Shown: positions 29,380 to 39,594 of the stretch, in pieces
Layout: each line of letters starts with the position of its first letter
Numbering within the stretch: the stretch's first letter is position 1
Origin: Nitrospinales bacterium
GTDB taxonomy: Bacteria > Nitrospinota > Nitrospinia > Nitrospinales > VA-1
Direction: 5' to 3'
Assembly (NCBI GenBank): GCA_965262115.1
Contig: OZ253496.1
Location: 2,592,001-2,656,000 of the forward strand
DNA length: 64,000 nt
Made by a program: the position numbers and the translations under genes
The notes under the pieces: generated by a model
The model's input: only the letters and a program-made list of their open reading frames with translations
The model's database searches: none
What the model was told of the DNA's origin: nothing

Positions 29380-29646
29380 ATAGGAAGAATCTTTCTTGGA
29401 GTTTCTGCAGAATGGTTTGTGACCTCCACGGAAAAATTATTCACGGCAACGTATCGCCAGTTTTCCCCTATTGGGGTGGACCGGGTTCTATTTACCAAGC
29501 TGGATGAAAGGTTGAGCTTTGGCTCCTTATTCAACTTTAGAGTACGAAACAGATTGCCTATATCTTATTTTACATCTGGTCAGCGGGTTCCCGAAGACTT
29601 GGAAGCGGCCAGGCTGGAACGGGTAATAAGTTTGATTTTTAACTGA
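29380..29646 (+). pseudogene. flhF: C-terminal remnant of flagellar SRP-GTPase FlhF
   Basis: VLFTKLDE..FGSLFN..PISYFTSGQRVPEDLE; no P-loop or N-terminus; directly upstream of flhG; left boundary approximate. Confidence 0.8.
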
Positions 29647-29678
29647 TTTCAAGATAAATTCAAGGATTAAGGCATACT

Positions 29679-30542
29679 ATGAGTGGTCAGGCAACTACTT
29701 TAAAAAGAATGGCATACGAAAAAATGGGGGCATCGAACCTGAGGGTCTTGGCGGTCAGTAGCGGAAAAGGCGGCGTTGGCAAAACCAACTTTGTTGCCAA
29801 TCTTGCTTATGCCTTGTCCAAGAGGGGAAAGAGGGTGCTCGTTGTGGATGCCGACTTGGGATTGAGCAATATTGATATCCTTTTAGGACTGGCTCCACAA
29901 AAGCATATCGGGCATGTTCTGTCTGGAGAGTCCAATGTGGAGGATATCATTCTTCGTGGTCCTGCCGACATTCATGTCCTGCCCGCCGGAGATGGCCTGC
30001 AAGAATTAACGCAGTTGCCGTCCGAAAAGAAAATGGTTCTCATGGATGAGTTGGACCGTATTAGTCAGGGATACGATTTCCTGATTTTTGATACTGGTGC
30101 CGGCATATCCACCAATGTCACTTGTTTCTGCAGTGCGGCCCATGAAACGATTCTCATTGCCACCACAGAACCTACTTCATTGACTAATGTTTATGCGTTG
30201 ATGAAAGTCCTTCATAATAAACACGCTCAAAAGCATTTCAGAGTGGTGATCAATTCAGTCAGCTCGGAGCGAGAAGCGCAGGGGGTTTATCGTAATTTAA
30301 CGGCGGTTACGGATCGGTTTCTTAAAAATATTTCCGTCGAATACCTGGGCTATATCCTGCATGATCCGAATGTGTCCAAGGCGGTGCGGCAACAAAAAGC
30401 TTTTTTAGAGTTGTACCCTTTTTCTAAATTCAGTGGGTGTCTCAACGAATTGGCAGAAAAAATTTCTAAAGAGAAACCCAGTCCCCTGTCACGCGAGGGG
30501 GATCAACCTTATTTTTGGCGAAGTGCGTTCCAAGTACAATGA
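29679..30542 (+). CDS. flhG: FlhG/FleN MinD-like ATPase
   Basis: SGKGGVGKTN, DADLGLSNID, DTGAGI, EPTSLT; located between flhF and fliA remnants. Confidence 0.88.
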   Translation: MSGQATTLKRMAYEKMGASNLRVLAVSSGKGGVGKTNFVANLAYALSKRGKRVLVVDADLGLSNIDILLGLAPQKHIGHVLSGESNVEDIILRGPADIHVLPAGDGLQELTQLPSEKKMVLMDELDRISQGYDFLIFDTGAGISTNVTCFCSAAHETILIATTEPTSLTNVYALMKVLHNKHAQKHFRVVINSVSSEREAQGVYRNLTAVTDRFLKNISVEYLGYILHDPNVSKAVRQQKAFLELYPFSKFSGCLNELAEKISKEKPSPLSREGDQPYFWRSAFQVQ

Positions 30543-30549
30543 ACCCACT

Positions 30550-30866
30550 TAATATTCAAACTGGAAGACTTGGGTATTGCCAAGGAATCCGGCGAACAGC
30601 AAAGCCTTCTTGATTGCCTGGTGGGCAAAGGGGATTCCGACCCGCAAATTCACCTTCGACTGGTTGAATTAAAAGAAATCATTGCCAAGGCGATCGATAC
30701 CTTGCCGGAAAAGGAACGCCTGATGATTTCTCTTTATTACTATGAAGAACTTACTTATGAAAGAGATTGGGGAAGTGTTGGGCATCACCGAGTCCCGCAA
30801 ATCCATTCCAAAGCCGTGTTCAGACTGCGCAACAAATTAAAATCCATCATCGCCGAAGAAATGTAA
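30550..30866 (+). pseudogene. fliA: C-terminal remnant of sigma-28 FliA, frameshifted
   Basis: LPEKERLMISLYYYEELT then out-of-frame MKEIGEVLGITES..QIHSKA; regions 2-3 missing. Confidence 0.82.
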
Positions 30867-30889
30867 CCCGTTCTACCCATTAAAAAAGA

Positions 30890-31390
30890 CTATCCCGTCC
30901 ATTGATCTTCCGGGCAGAGGAATTGTAGAATCTGTACCAAAACCTGTGCCTGTTGCTCCATATCTCTATGAATTAAACGCATTTCTGATATTTTTTTATC
31001 GATAATGGTCGCGAAATATTTTTCTACCGCCCACTTCCTTTGATTTTCTGGAAGAGACTGTAGCTTGGCCAGTCCGGAAAGGTATATCCAGAATCCACTA
31101 CATTTGGAGCACTGGTTGATTTCGGTGTCTCCATCGACGCTGAAAAAATGCCGGTAGAGTAAAGTGGTTTCACAGGCGGGGCAGGTATGCTCGGCACCTC
31201 GATAAATTTTTACTCCTTCCGCCCTTTCGATCATTAATAGCGATTGTCCGATACCGGATTTCAGAGCCCGAATTTTTTTGAATTGGAAACGGTCGAACCA
31301 CAATCCTCCACATTCCCCCCGGCAGGCTTGGGTTTTAATTCCCGCAACTACGATTTCATGTAATTTATTTTGGCAGGTAGGACATTTCAT
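30890..31390 (-). CDS. Double zinc-ribbon (zf-TFIIB-like) protein
   Basis: MKCPTC..CRGECGGLWFD and CPAC..CSKCSGFW. Confidence 0.75.
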   Translation of the reverse strand: MKCPTCQNKLHEIVVAGIKTQACRGECGGLWFDRFQFKKIRALKSGIGQSLLMIERAEGVKIYRGAEHTCPACETTLLYRHFFSVDGDTEINQCSKCSGFWIYLSGLAKLQSLPENQRKWAVEKYFATIIDKKISEMRLIHRDMEQQAQVLVQILQFLCPEDQWTG

Positions 31391-31404
31391 GATCTGAAGG
31401 CAGC

Positions 31405-32376
31405 TCAGTAGATTGGAGATTCTTTTTCTTCTGGAGGTCGGGTTTTCCAGCGACGGTGACCGCACATCCAGGGCGCGGGGTTTTCCCTGATAACATTTTC
31501 TATGAACTGTTCGCAGTGGTGGGTCCAATTGAGAATATCATTATTCTTGTTGTCAGATTTCGTAAACTGGATTTCCGGTCCATACTCAATGCGATAGGTT
31601 CCCTTATCAGTAGGACGGCAGAATAGTGGGAGGATAGGGGTTCCGGTGCGATAACTCAATAACGCCAGCGACCGGGGGGTTGCCGCTTTTTTACCAAAAA
31701 AGTCAACAAAGACCCCGCCCTTGGCCGTGTTCTGATCCATCATCACTGCGACACTGCCATTGTTTTTTAGTTCTCTCACGATTTTTAAAGGAGATTCATC
31801 ACGATAAATAATCTTGTTTCCGGAAGCGGTACGAAAATTTTTTGTCACTCGATCCAGGTAGGGGTTGTCCAGTTGTCGTACAATGGAAGAAAGTGGACAG
31901 ATGTCCAGATAACCGTGAAACAATCCCATTATTTCCCAGTTTCCATAATGGGCGGTTAGAAAAAATATTCCTTTATTCTTTTTCAAGCACTGGCGCAACA
32001 GGTCTAGCCCGGTTGGTTCTCCTTCAATGAGTTCTCGTACCCGTTTTTCCGTATCAGAGGTAGCCCAGAGGCATTGCAAAGCCGAAACTGTCAGGTTTTG
32101 AAATGACTTCTTGATGATTTTATTTTTCTCGTCGGATGACTTTGAATCTCCGAAAACAATATCCAGATTAATTTTTGCCGATCGTTTACGCCTTCCTGAA
32201 AAGAGAAAAGCCAGACGGCCTAAGCTTCTTCCTATTTTTACCACCGCTTGCTGGGATAGGGGACGCACCAGCAATAGCAGTAAGTTGAAAAAAGCGTATT
32301 CCAGAAAATTCCGGGTCGATTTCAAAGGACGGTTATTGCTCGGCAATGGCGTGGGCGATAGCATAATGCCGGTCAT
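31405..32376 (-). CDS. lpxL: Lipid A late acyltransferase (LpxL/HtrB family)
   Basis: TAHYGNWE, DNPYLD, MDQN, VFVDFFG, W..HRRWKTRP; start may be slightly downstream. Confidence 0.85.
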   Translation of the reverse strand: MTGIMLSPTPLPSNNRPLKSTRNFLEYAFFNLLLLLVRPLSQQAVVKIGRSLGRLAFLFSGRRKRSAKINLDIVFGDSKSSDEKNKIIKKSFQNLTVSALQCLWATSDTEKRVRELIEGEPTGLDLLRQCLKKNKGIFFLTAHYGNWEIMGLFHGYLDICPLSSIVRQLDNPYLDRVTKNFRTASGNKIIYRDESPLKIVRELKNNGSVAVMMDQNTAKGGVFVDFFGKKAATPRSLALLSYRTGTPILPLFCRPTDKGTYRIEYGPEIQFTKSDNKNNDILNWTHHCEQFIENVIRENPAPWMCGHRRWKTRPPEEKESPIY

Positions 32377-32710
32377 GCGAAATGGAAATGTGGATGGACT
32401 TGAGATTTAACTTTTCGAACAGTATTTTTCCTCGGCCACCCATTTTGACGATAGGTTTTCCTGAATCCTGGTTGATGACTTCAATATCCTTGAATCCGAC
32501 ATCGCGAGTGATGCCCGTTCCCAGGCTTTTGGATACTGCTTCTTTAACGGCGAATCGGGCTGCGAAATGTTTTCCAGGGTCTGCCTGGGATTGGCAGTAG
32601 TCAATTTCCCTGTCAGTGAATACTTTATTTTCAAAGCGGGTGGAATATTTTTCCAGCGATTTTTTAATCCGATTTATTTCTATGATATCGAGGCCGGTTC
32701 CAAAAATCAT
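32333..32710 (-). CDS. acpS: Holo-ACP synthase
   Basis: GTGLDIIEI, ARFAVKEAVSKSLGTG, ISISHD. Confidence 0.95.
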   Translation of the reverse strand: MIFGTGLDIIEINRIKKSLEKYSTRFENKVFTDREIDYCQSQADPGKHFAARFAVKEAVSKSLGTGITRDVGFKDIEVINQDSGKPIVKMGGRGKILFEKLNLKSIHISISHDRHYAIAHAIAEQ

Positions 32711-33357
32711 CGAAGTACCTCAGGGTGAACGGATTTCGCATTACCGCGAAGGGCCATTTCGATTTCGTTGAATGGAATAGCACCAGGCCGGACAAGCCGG
32801 ACAGGTGTTTCCACTGGGTCAACAAGAGTTGAGGGTTCCCCGCCCGGGCATGGTCCCCCATCAAGAATCAAGTCGACATGGTTTCCTAAAGATTTCTGTA
32901 CTTGCTCTGCGGTGACGGGCGGTTCTTCGCCGGAAAGGTTGGCGCTGGGGGCAGTGATAGGCTGGCCCAGGGATGAAATTAAATTTCGTGTCATGGAGTT
33001 TCCGGGTTGCCGGATTCCGATTCGGTTTGCTGACACATTCTCGGTAATAATGGAACGGGATTCAAAAAGCAGGGTTAATGGGCCCGGCCAGAATTTTTGC
33101 ATCAAAGCTAAATGAGCCGGAGTGATTTCTTTTACCAATGGCTCAAGTTGTTCTCTTGAACTTACCAATAGGAGCAGAGGTTTGTTTTTATCTCGGCTCT
33201 TAATTTCAAAGACTCGCTCAACGGCTTCCCGGTTGAAAGGGTCCACTCCCAGACCATAAAAAGTGTCTGTGGGAAAGGCGATCACTCCACCTTGGAGCAA
33301 AACTTTTTGCGCCTGAGCAGAAACAGCGTTTGAGTCAATCTTTAAAATTTGCGGCAT
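32707..33357 (-). CDS. tsaC: L-threonylcarbamoyladenylate synthase (YrdC/Sua5)
   Basis: FPTDTFYGL, K.R...KPL, FWPGPLT, SANLSG, PSTLVD. Confidence 0.93.
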   Translation of the reverse strand: MPQILKIDSNAVSAQAQKVLLQGGVIAFPTDTFYGLGVDPFNREAVERVFEIKSRDKNKPLLLLVSSREQLEPLVKEITPAHLALMQKFWPGPLTLLFESRSIITENVSANRIGIRQPGNSMTRNLISSLGQPITAPSANLSGEEPPVTAEQVQKSLGNHVDLILDGGPCPGGEPSTLVDPVETPVRLVRPGAIPFNEIEMALRGNAKSVHPEVLR

Positions 33358-33853
33358 GGTGGGTTTTCAGTTTTTTGCTTTTTTGCGCAACGGCCTTGGC
33401 TTGGTCTTTTTTATATTTCGTGAGCTGTCCCGCCAGTTTGTCATTGGACAGAGCAAGGATCTGCACGGCCAAAAGGCCTGCGTTCTTGGCGCCGGGTTTT
33501 CCAATGCTGACCGTGGCTACGGGAACGCCTCCCGGCATTTGTGCTGTTGATAAGAGAGAATCGAGACCATTAAGCGGTGTAGAGTCAATAGGAACGCCAA
33601 TAACTGGAAGTTGGGTTTCTGCCGCCACCACGCCTGCTAGATGGGCCGCACCTCCTGCACCGGCGATCATCACCTGGATGCCACGGCGTTTGGCCCCTTG
33701 CACGTATTTCCGGGTTCTTTCCGGAGATCGGTGGGCCGAGGTGACCAGAACCTCATGAGCTACATTGAATTGCTCCAACACCTTGCTGGCTTCTTCCATG
33801 ATCGTAAAGTCCGAATCACTTCCCATTATAATACCGACTAAAGGTTTGCTCAA
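33335..33853 (-). CDS. purE: N5-CAIR mutase
   Basis: IMGSDSD, SAHRSP, AGAGGAAHL, QMPGGVPVATV; TTG start after GGAGG. Confidence 0.95.
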   Translation of the reverse strand: MSKPLVGIIMGSDSDFTIMEEASKVLEQFNVAHEVLVTSAHRSPERTRKYVQGAKRRGIQVMIAGAGGAAHLAGVVAAETQLPVIGVPIDSTPLNGLDSLLSTAQMPGGVPVATVSIGKPGAKNAGLLAVQILALSNDKLAGQLTKYKKDQAKAVAQKSKKLKTHHAANFKD

Positions 33854-34200
33854 AACAATACCTCCCAACTCAGGAACAGGTTTGAAATAGTGGAGAACTT
33901 TTATAGCAATTTTTCAGAATTGGATCAAGCCTTAGGGAAAGGGACCAGTCGTCATCACAGACGGTTCGAAAACCCGGGAACGAGGCGCAATAGGTCCTTA
34001 AAAAGGAAATTCGCCGCCAGATGGCAATATGCTTGCAATGAGTGATGAAACTCCCGCCCCGCGCTATTTTGTATTCTCGGCCATGATGGACTGCAGGTTG
34101 AGATTTTTTTAAGGGTTTCTATGTAATTAAACGGTGAAAATAAGTGGAAACCTTACCTCTATATTGTATCAAAGTAATACGAGGGGACAAAGAACTACCC

Positions 34201-35433
34201 TCAGGCCGTTTTTCGCCTTCCGTGTTTGATTTCCGGGATGAGCATTAAGGTTGCCAGAAGCATCATTGCGCAAGAAACCATGCCGATATATCTGGGGCCG
34301 ATCAAACCTACCGCCCAGTAGCCAATCAGCGGAACCACGGTGCCGCGGATGCCGGTCAAACTGACATGCACCGACATATAGGCGCCGGTTTTTCCGGGAG
34401 GGGCGTATTTGGTGACCCACAGGTTCCAGGCGATGCTACCCCCGGCAAAGGCAACCCCTATCAAGGCTGAGCCCGCCCCGATGACCCAGGGATTGGAGGT
34501 GATGAAAAACAGCAGGACACCGGCGCCAAAGGACAGGTTCAGGATCATCCTGAGAACCACGAAGTTCATTTTATCAAACAGCCGGGCCCAGAATGGAATG
34601 AGTAGCATTCTAAGTGTCTCGGGAATAACCGTAATGATCATGGCCACAAAAACAGCTGACCCTTCAATGCCCCATTGCGGTGAGGTGACATAATCCAATC
34701 GCAACGGCAGGGTCCATAAATTAGCAAATCCCATAATGAACCAGGTTAGTAAAACATAGCCGAACTAGCGATCTTGCCAGATGTATTTCATGTTCCCGAA
34801 AGGATTTTCATGGGGACTCTGATCCATCGTCTTGGACGGTATCTTATAGATGGCCACAGCCTTGAAAAAGGCGCAGAACCCGAGAAAGATGAAAATCAGT
34901 GGGTAATATTCGATATCTTTTTCAAGGATAGTGGACCCGATATATCCGGAGAGGGCGGCCACGCCCACCGATAAGAGCAAGGGTTTCGAGAAGAATGCCC
35001 CACGGCGGTCCGGAGGATAATTGTCCCCATAAATATCGGTGATGAAGGGAAGCAGGGCGCTACGGCAAATGTATGCGACGATAATAAAAACCGCGAACAG
35101 GTGTAAGGACGTGGCCCAGGCGGCAACCAGAAGGCAGGCTCCCGTAATCATAGAGGGAAGCGCTCCCCATGTCGACTTTTCCCAGTTGGTCGCCGAAGCA
35201 TAATGCAACAGCACCATGGAAAGGAACATACCCATAAACGGGGCGGCAGCGATCAACGCTTTGGTGGTTTCGTCGGCACTAAAATACCGGATGGCTATGA
35301 ACAGGCAGAAAGTTTGCGCTCCGGAAGAAAGAACTCCTTCAAAGCCTCCCCGCCACAAATCACAGCTATAGGTTTTTTGTGTTATTTCATCAGAAGTCAG
35401 AGCGGAGCGGTCCTGCTTGAATTTAGAAGCCAT
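34201..35433 (-). pseudogene. MFS-like transporter interrupted by an in-frame TAG
   Basis: ORFs 34765-35433 and 34201-34734 share a frame and are separated only by TAG at 34765-34767; about 12 TM segments in total. Confidence 0.75.
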
Positions 35434-35634
35434 AGAATTAAAAATATTCTAACCGGAATACACTCACGGACCGCTGACTAAAAGGCTTGAAAAACCATTG
35501 TTTAATGAGTCCTTTGGATGGGTCTTAAGTGCCTTTTTCGAAATCAAATAATTTTATTTAAACTTTGGCTTGAAGAATCTGATCTTCATTCGAAACCAAA
35601 ACTGATATCGCGCACTTTAAAAAGAGAAAGCCTT

Positions 35635-36045
35635 TTACAACCCTCGCCCCGATTCGAAACTGCTTAAGATTGGGCAGTCGCTGGTGAGTGTGGACTCTTC
35701 GCATCGGTGGTTCATTTGTATTAAAACTTTTTTCATGGATTTAAGGCCTTTAATTTTCTGCTCCACTCCGTTCAGTTTCCTTTGCGCTTTTTCCAAAACC
35801 GGTTCACAATGCTCGTTTTTCTTTATCCGCAATTTCAAAAGTTCCAGAATCCCATTTAAAGTAAACCCCAACTTTTGCACACTCCGAATAAAGCGGATCC
35901 TGGCAGCATCTTCATCAGAATGGAGTCGGTACCCGATTTCGGAACGCATTGGTAGATCGACCTGTCTCCTTTTCTCGTAATACCGTAACGCTTCGATATT
36001 TACTCCGCACTCCTTTGCCAATCCACCTAGTGTCACGGTTTTCAT
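35635..36045 (-). CDS. MerR family heavy-metal-responsive regulator
   Basis: HTH (LRYYEK, GYRL, IRFIRS..LGFTL..I) and three metal-site Cys (HCEP, HRC..SDCPIL). Confidence 0.88.
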   Translation of the reverse strand: MKTVTLGGLAKECGVNIEALRYYEKRRQVDLPMRSEIGYRLHSDEDAARIRFIRSVQKLGFTLNGILELLKLRIKKNEHCEPVLEKAQRKLNGVEQKIKGLKSMKKVLIQMNHRCEESTLTSDCPILSSFESGRGL

Positions 36046-36064
36046 TTATTGCTCCTTCATAATG

Positions 36065-36096
36065 AATTTACATCCTGTGCTATAGTACAGGGTCAA
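36065..36096 (-). promoter_or_regulatory. MerR-type long-spacer promoter with dyad operator
   Basis: TTGACC-20 nt-TAAATT containing the dyad CCTGTACTATAGCACAGG (36074-36091). Confidence 0.8.
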
Positions 36097-36216
36097 GACT
36101 TAATTGCAATAGTTACTACTCACTCTTTTTGCGGGATTTTAATTTATCCAGCATTTCCCCTTTAACGTAAAAACTCAGGGAAGATATTTTAGTAGGGTTT
36201 TTCAATTAGTGGAAAC

Positions 36217-36299
36217 TGATCTTCCCCTGTTTTAGTGGACACCTCCAAAAGTGTATTATCCACACTTTTCGATGTGTCCACTAAAACAGGGGAAGATCA
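36217..36299. mobile_element. 83-bp IS3-family MITE
   Basis: Perfect 26-bp terminal IR TGATCTTCCCCTGTTTTAGTGGACAC, TG..CA ends, flanking AAC duplication. Confidence 0.85.
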
Positions 36300-36700
36300 A
36301 ACCTTCCTCAGACAATCGGACCCGCAATTCGTTTCATCACAATCTCCTCTTTAAGGAAAGCTTAACAGAAAGGATCACTCAGCTTTTTAACTCAAATGGC
36401 CCACCTCTCTTGATGATGGGGAATACTAAACAGTATTTAACCGGATTTTCCAGGGAAACAACCTTATTCTTCTCCGTCTTCATGGTGGTGACCTGCTTTC
36501 GCAGAAAACGACTTTATAACAAAGGTTGCGCCGCCATCTCAATCAACTTCTACAGTGGAGAACCTTCAGGAACTCACAGGTTGGTAAAAATTATAGATGA
36601 GTGCGCTGAACAGTAATTATTGATATATTCTTAATTTCAACTACCGTGGGATTGGCTTTCCAGGGCATTATGGTGGTTTCTGTTCTTCCTTAAAAAGACA

Positions 36701-37114
36701 ATGCAAGTGATTAAATTTACTTCCACTTTTTGTTTGCTATTAATTTTCACCCTTCTGGAACCAGGGTGCTTTACTAAACCATCTTTAGCATCTCCAAAAT
36801 ACGACCGCCTGCCTCCCATAAAGTCTCTTAAAACACCCGATGAGCCTGATAAAAACAGCGTGAAAAAGATGAAATTTCCACGCCGAATTTACAGACTTCC
36901 CCAAAATGATTTCGATATAAAAATTATTCATTCGGACAGAAAAAAGAGCGGCTTTTTTTCAAAGGACTTATCTCAGGTTGGATTTGCTATCCATTGCTCC
37001 GACATCAATGGTGATAGCATCCAGGACATTATTATCGGTGCCCCTTACCCAGAAGGGCAGAACGGATTCCCAGATCCCGGGACACCCGGGCAATGCTATC
37101 GCCTACTTCAATAA
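36701..37114 (+). pseudogene. Truncated secreted FG-GAP/integrin-alpha repeat protein
   Basis: Signal-like N-terminus, a single DINGDSIQDIIIGAP repeat, then an early stop. Confidence 0.55.
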
Positions 37115-37176
37115 CCAATCGAACCGCTTCTAACTTGAATTCTTTACTGAAACTCCTGCGTTTGGTTCCCATAAAA

Positions 37177-37237
37177 ACACCTCCAAAAGTGTATTATCCA
37201 CACTTTTCGATGTGTCCACTAAACCAGGGGAAGTTCA
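37177..37237. mobile_element. Partial second copy of the IS3-family MITE (left IR lost)
   Basis: Matches 36239-36299 with 2 mismatches. Confidence 0.82.
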
Positions 37238-37973
37238 CCTCGACCCCATTAACCTCTATTCCGATAACATTAGCATGCAGGGAGCCGCCTGTAATGGGTT
37301 GGAACATAGTGAGGTAGGAAGAAAAAGTCATCCGTCGTGGTCGGGAAAAAAACAAGTTGTCTATATGGTCTTTTCCGGCGCGAAAATTCATTAATCCATT
37401 GGACAAAATATCATCAATCTGGACCACAATAGCTTCCGTCTCGATCTCGGTGGTCCCCGGCGCGTTTTCAGGGGCAGGAAATAAAGAATTACTGGATGCT
37501 TGACCGGTTATGTTTCCTACAACCTGGAAATAGTAAGAGACTTTAGGAGCCAATGTCCCGCCGGACAAAATTTGCCAGTTGACGATCTTCAAAGCAGTAT
37601 CGCTGACATCGGTTCGTGTTTCACCGATGGCACCATCCGCCCCTTCGGGAGGAACGTTGAGAACACCTGTTATTCTGTTCCACTTCCGCTTTTCGTATTG
37701 TGGAAGAGCGAAGTTTAACCGGAACGCAAGCGCAATGGGTTTTTCCCAAAGGTAAGTACCTTCTTCCCCCGGCATGCGGTAACCGTTTTGTTTAAAGGCG
37801 ATGCCTATAGAATTAAGTTTTGGGAACCCGGTGTGACAAAAAGAACACGCGATTTTATGGTCTCTGACAAAGGCAGGGATAGCTTCGCTTTTTTTTGGGG
37901 CAAGCGAAAAGAAAAGCAGGCAAATTATTATGTGGACGCCTGTTACAACCCCAATTCTGTTTAGCTTTTCCAT
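37238..37973 (-). pseudogene. Cyc2-like cytochrome c-porin fusion, 3'-truncated by the MITE
   Basis: Signal peptide then AIPAFVR..CSFCHTGFPKLN.G.AFKQNGY followed by beta-strand-like segments; ORF runs into the MITE end. Confidence 0.7.
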
Positions 37974-38131
37974 AATTCTCTCCTTCAGGACTTGGTAACA
38001 AACACAGGGGCAATCCTATTTTTTAGTTGAAAATTGAACAATGCTTCAGGCCAAATCGTTATCTTTTCTCGTACTTGGACATCATGAAAGGTAGAATGTC
38101 TGTACGTAAATTTTGTCCAATAGGGTGTCTC

Positions 38132-39400
38132 ATGATCTTTGGTGACTCTAAAGCGCCGTGTGCTGAATTGGTGGTGATTGGTGATGAAGTGGTCAGCGGC
38201 TTGATCCTGGATCGCAACTCGCAATATTTGGGTGAGAAGATCCACGAACTGGGAATAGAGGTTTCCCGCATAACCACTGTAGGGGATTCATCTTCTGTTA
38301 TTGAGGATTGCGTAAAACTTGCTCTGAAACGTTCGGACTGGGTTGTGCTGACGGGAGGGTTGGGGGCCACGCATGACGACATCACCAAATCCGTTTTACT
38401 TAAAGTGTTCGAGTGCGGTTTAAAAAAAGATTCTAAGGTGGTCAGCATGTTGGAAGAAATGTTTCGGGTCCGCGACCGGGAGGTTCCTGAAATTGTGAGA
38501 AGCCAGTGTGAGGTGCCTGAGAAAGCGGAAATCCTCTACAACGAAAAAGGAACCGCTCCCGGATTTAAAATGCGGCAGGGAAAAACGGTTTTGTTTTCTT
38601 TGCCGGGAGTTCCTCTGGAGATGCAATTTTTGTTTGAGAAATATGTTGTTCCAGAAATGGCTGCGCAAAAAAATAAAACTTTCCTGCACCGGTTGATCAG
38701 AACCACAGGAATTTCCGAAGCAGACTTGTGGGCCAAGGTGGGACCGTTGGAAAGCTTACAGGAAAAAGCGGCGATAGCTTCCTTGCCTTCGCATCTGGGC
38801 GTTCGGATTCGCATTTCTGTGTTGGCAGAGTCTAAAGGGGAAGGGGAGTCCCGCCTCGATGAAGTGGAAAGTGTTTTGACCCAGCGCTTGTCCCGTTATA
38901 TTTATGGGAGGGATGAAGAGGGGCTTGAGGAGAAAGTGGGCGCTTTGCTGAAGGAAAGATCATTGACTCTGGCTACGGCCGAGTCCTGCACCGGGGGTTT
39001 GATCGGGCATCGCCTGACACAGGTCTCCGGCAGTTCCGATTATTATAAGGAAGGTTTTATCGTCTACAGCAACGAAGCTAAAGTGGGTCGTCTGGGAGTA
39101 GAGTCAAAGTTGATTGAAGAATTTGGCGCGGTGAGTGAGCCGGTAGCCCGGGCCATGGCCGAAGGGGTTTGCCGGGTGACCGGAGCCGACATAGGGATTT
39201 CTGTAACCGGAATTGCCGGACCCTCCGGAGGCAGTGATCTCAAACCTGTGGGCTTGACCTATATTGCAGTGCATGACCGGTCTGGAACGGTTTGTAAAAA
39301 ATTTATTTTCACGCATGACCGGATTAAAAATAAAGAACGATCAGCGCAGGCCGCTTTGGATCTGGTGCGTTTGAAAATTCAAGAAGAGTCGGGAGCTTAA
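38132..39400 (+). CDS. cinA: Competence/damage-inducible protein CinA (MoCF-like plus NMN deamidase)
   Basis: IGDEVVSG.ILDRN, GGLGATHDDIT, GTAPG, LPGVP, AESCTGG, GSSDYY, TGIAGP; start uncertain. Confidence 0.92.
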   Translation: MIFGDSKAPCAELVVIGDEVVSGLILDRNSQYLGEKIHELGIEVSRITTVGDSSSVIEDCVKLALKRSDWVVLTGGLGATHDDITKSVLLKVFECGLKKDSKVVSMLEEMFRVRDREVPEIVRSQCEVPEKAEILYNEKGTAPGFKMRQGKTVLFSLPGVPLEMQFLFEKYVVPEMAAQKNKTFLHRLIRTTGISEADLWAKVGPLESLQEKAAIASLPSHLGVRIRISVLAESKGEGESRLDEVESVLTQRLSRYIYGRDEEGLEEKVGALLKERSLTLATAESCTGGLIGHRLTQVSGSSDYYKEGFIVYSNEAKVGRLGVESKLIEEFGAVSEPVARAMAEGVCRVTGADIGISVTGIAGPSGGSDLKPVGLTYIAVHDRSGTVCKKFIFTHDRIKNKERSAQAALDLVRLKIQEESGA

Positions 39401-39405
39401 AAAAA

Positions 39406-39582
39406 ATGCAGACCTGCCCGAATTGTTCTAAAGATATTTCCTCGCCCACTTTGGTTTGTCCGCATTGTAATAAGCCTTTTCCACCGGATTACCCAAGTAT
39501 GAGCCCGAAGGTGTTCATAGTGATATGGGTTTTTTTCGTGGCTCTGATAGTGGTAATGCTGGTTTCCATGCTGGGTCGCTAG
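39406..39582 (+). CDS. Small zinc-ribbon membrane protein (58 aa, below the ORF-track cutoff)
   Basis: Manual translation MQTCPNC..VCPHC..KVFIVIWVFFVALIVVMLVSMLGR*; GGAG upstream. Confidence 0.7.
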   Translation: MQTCPNCSKDISSPTLVCPHCNKPFPPDYPSMSPKVFIVIWVFFVALIVVMLVSMLGR

Positions 39583-39594
39583 AAAATCTAAAAG

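Noticed and set aside
36251..36616. 121-aa ORF and a possible IS256-like transposase start (MKTEKNKVVSLENP) on the opposite strand
   Set aside because: The ORF begins inside the MITE. The transposase resemblance covers only a few residues, with no DDE motifs or IRs.
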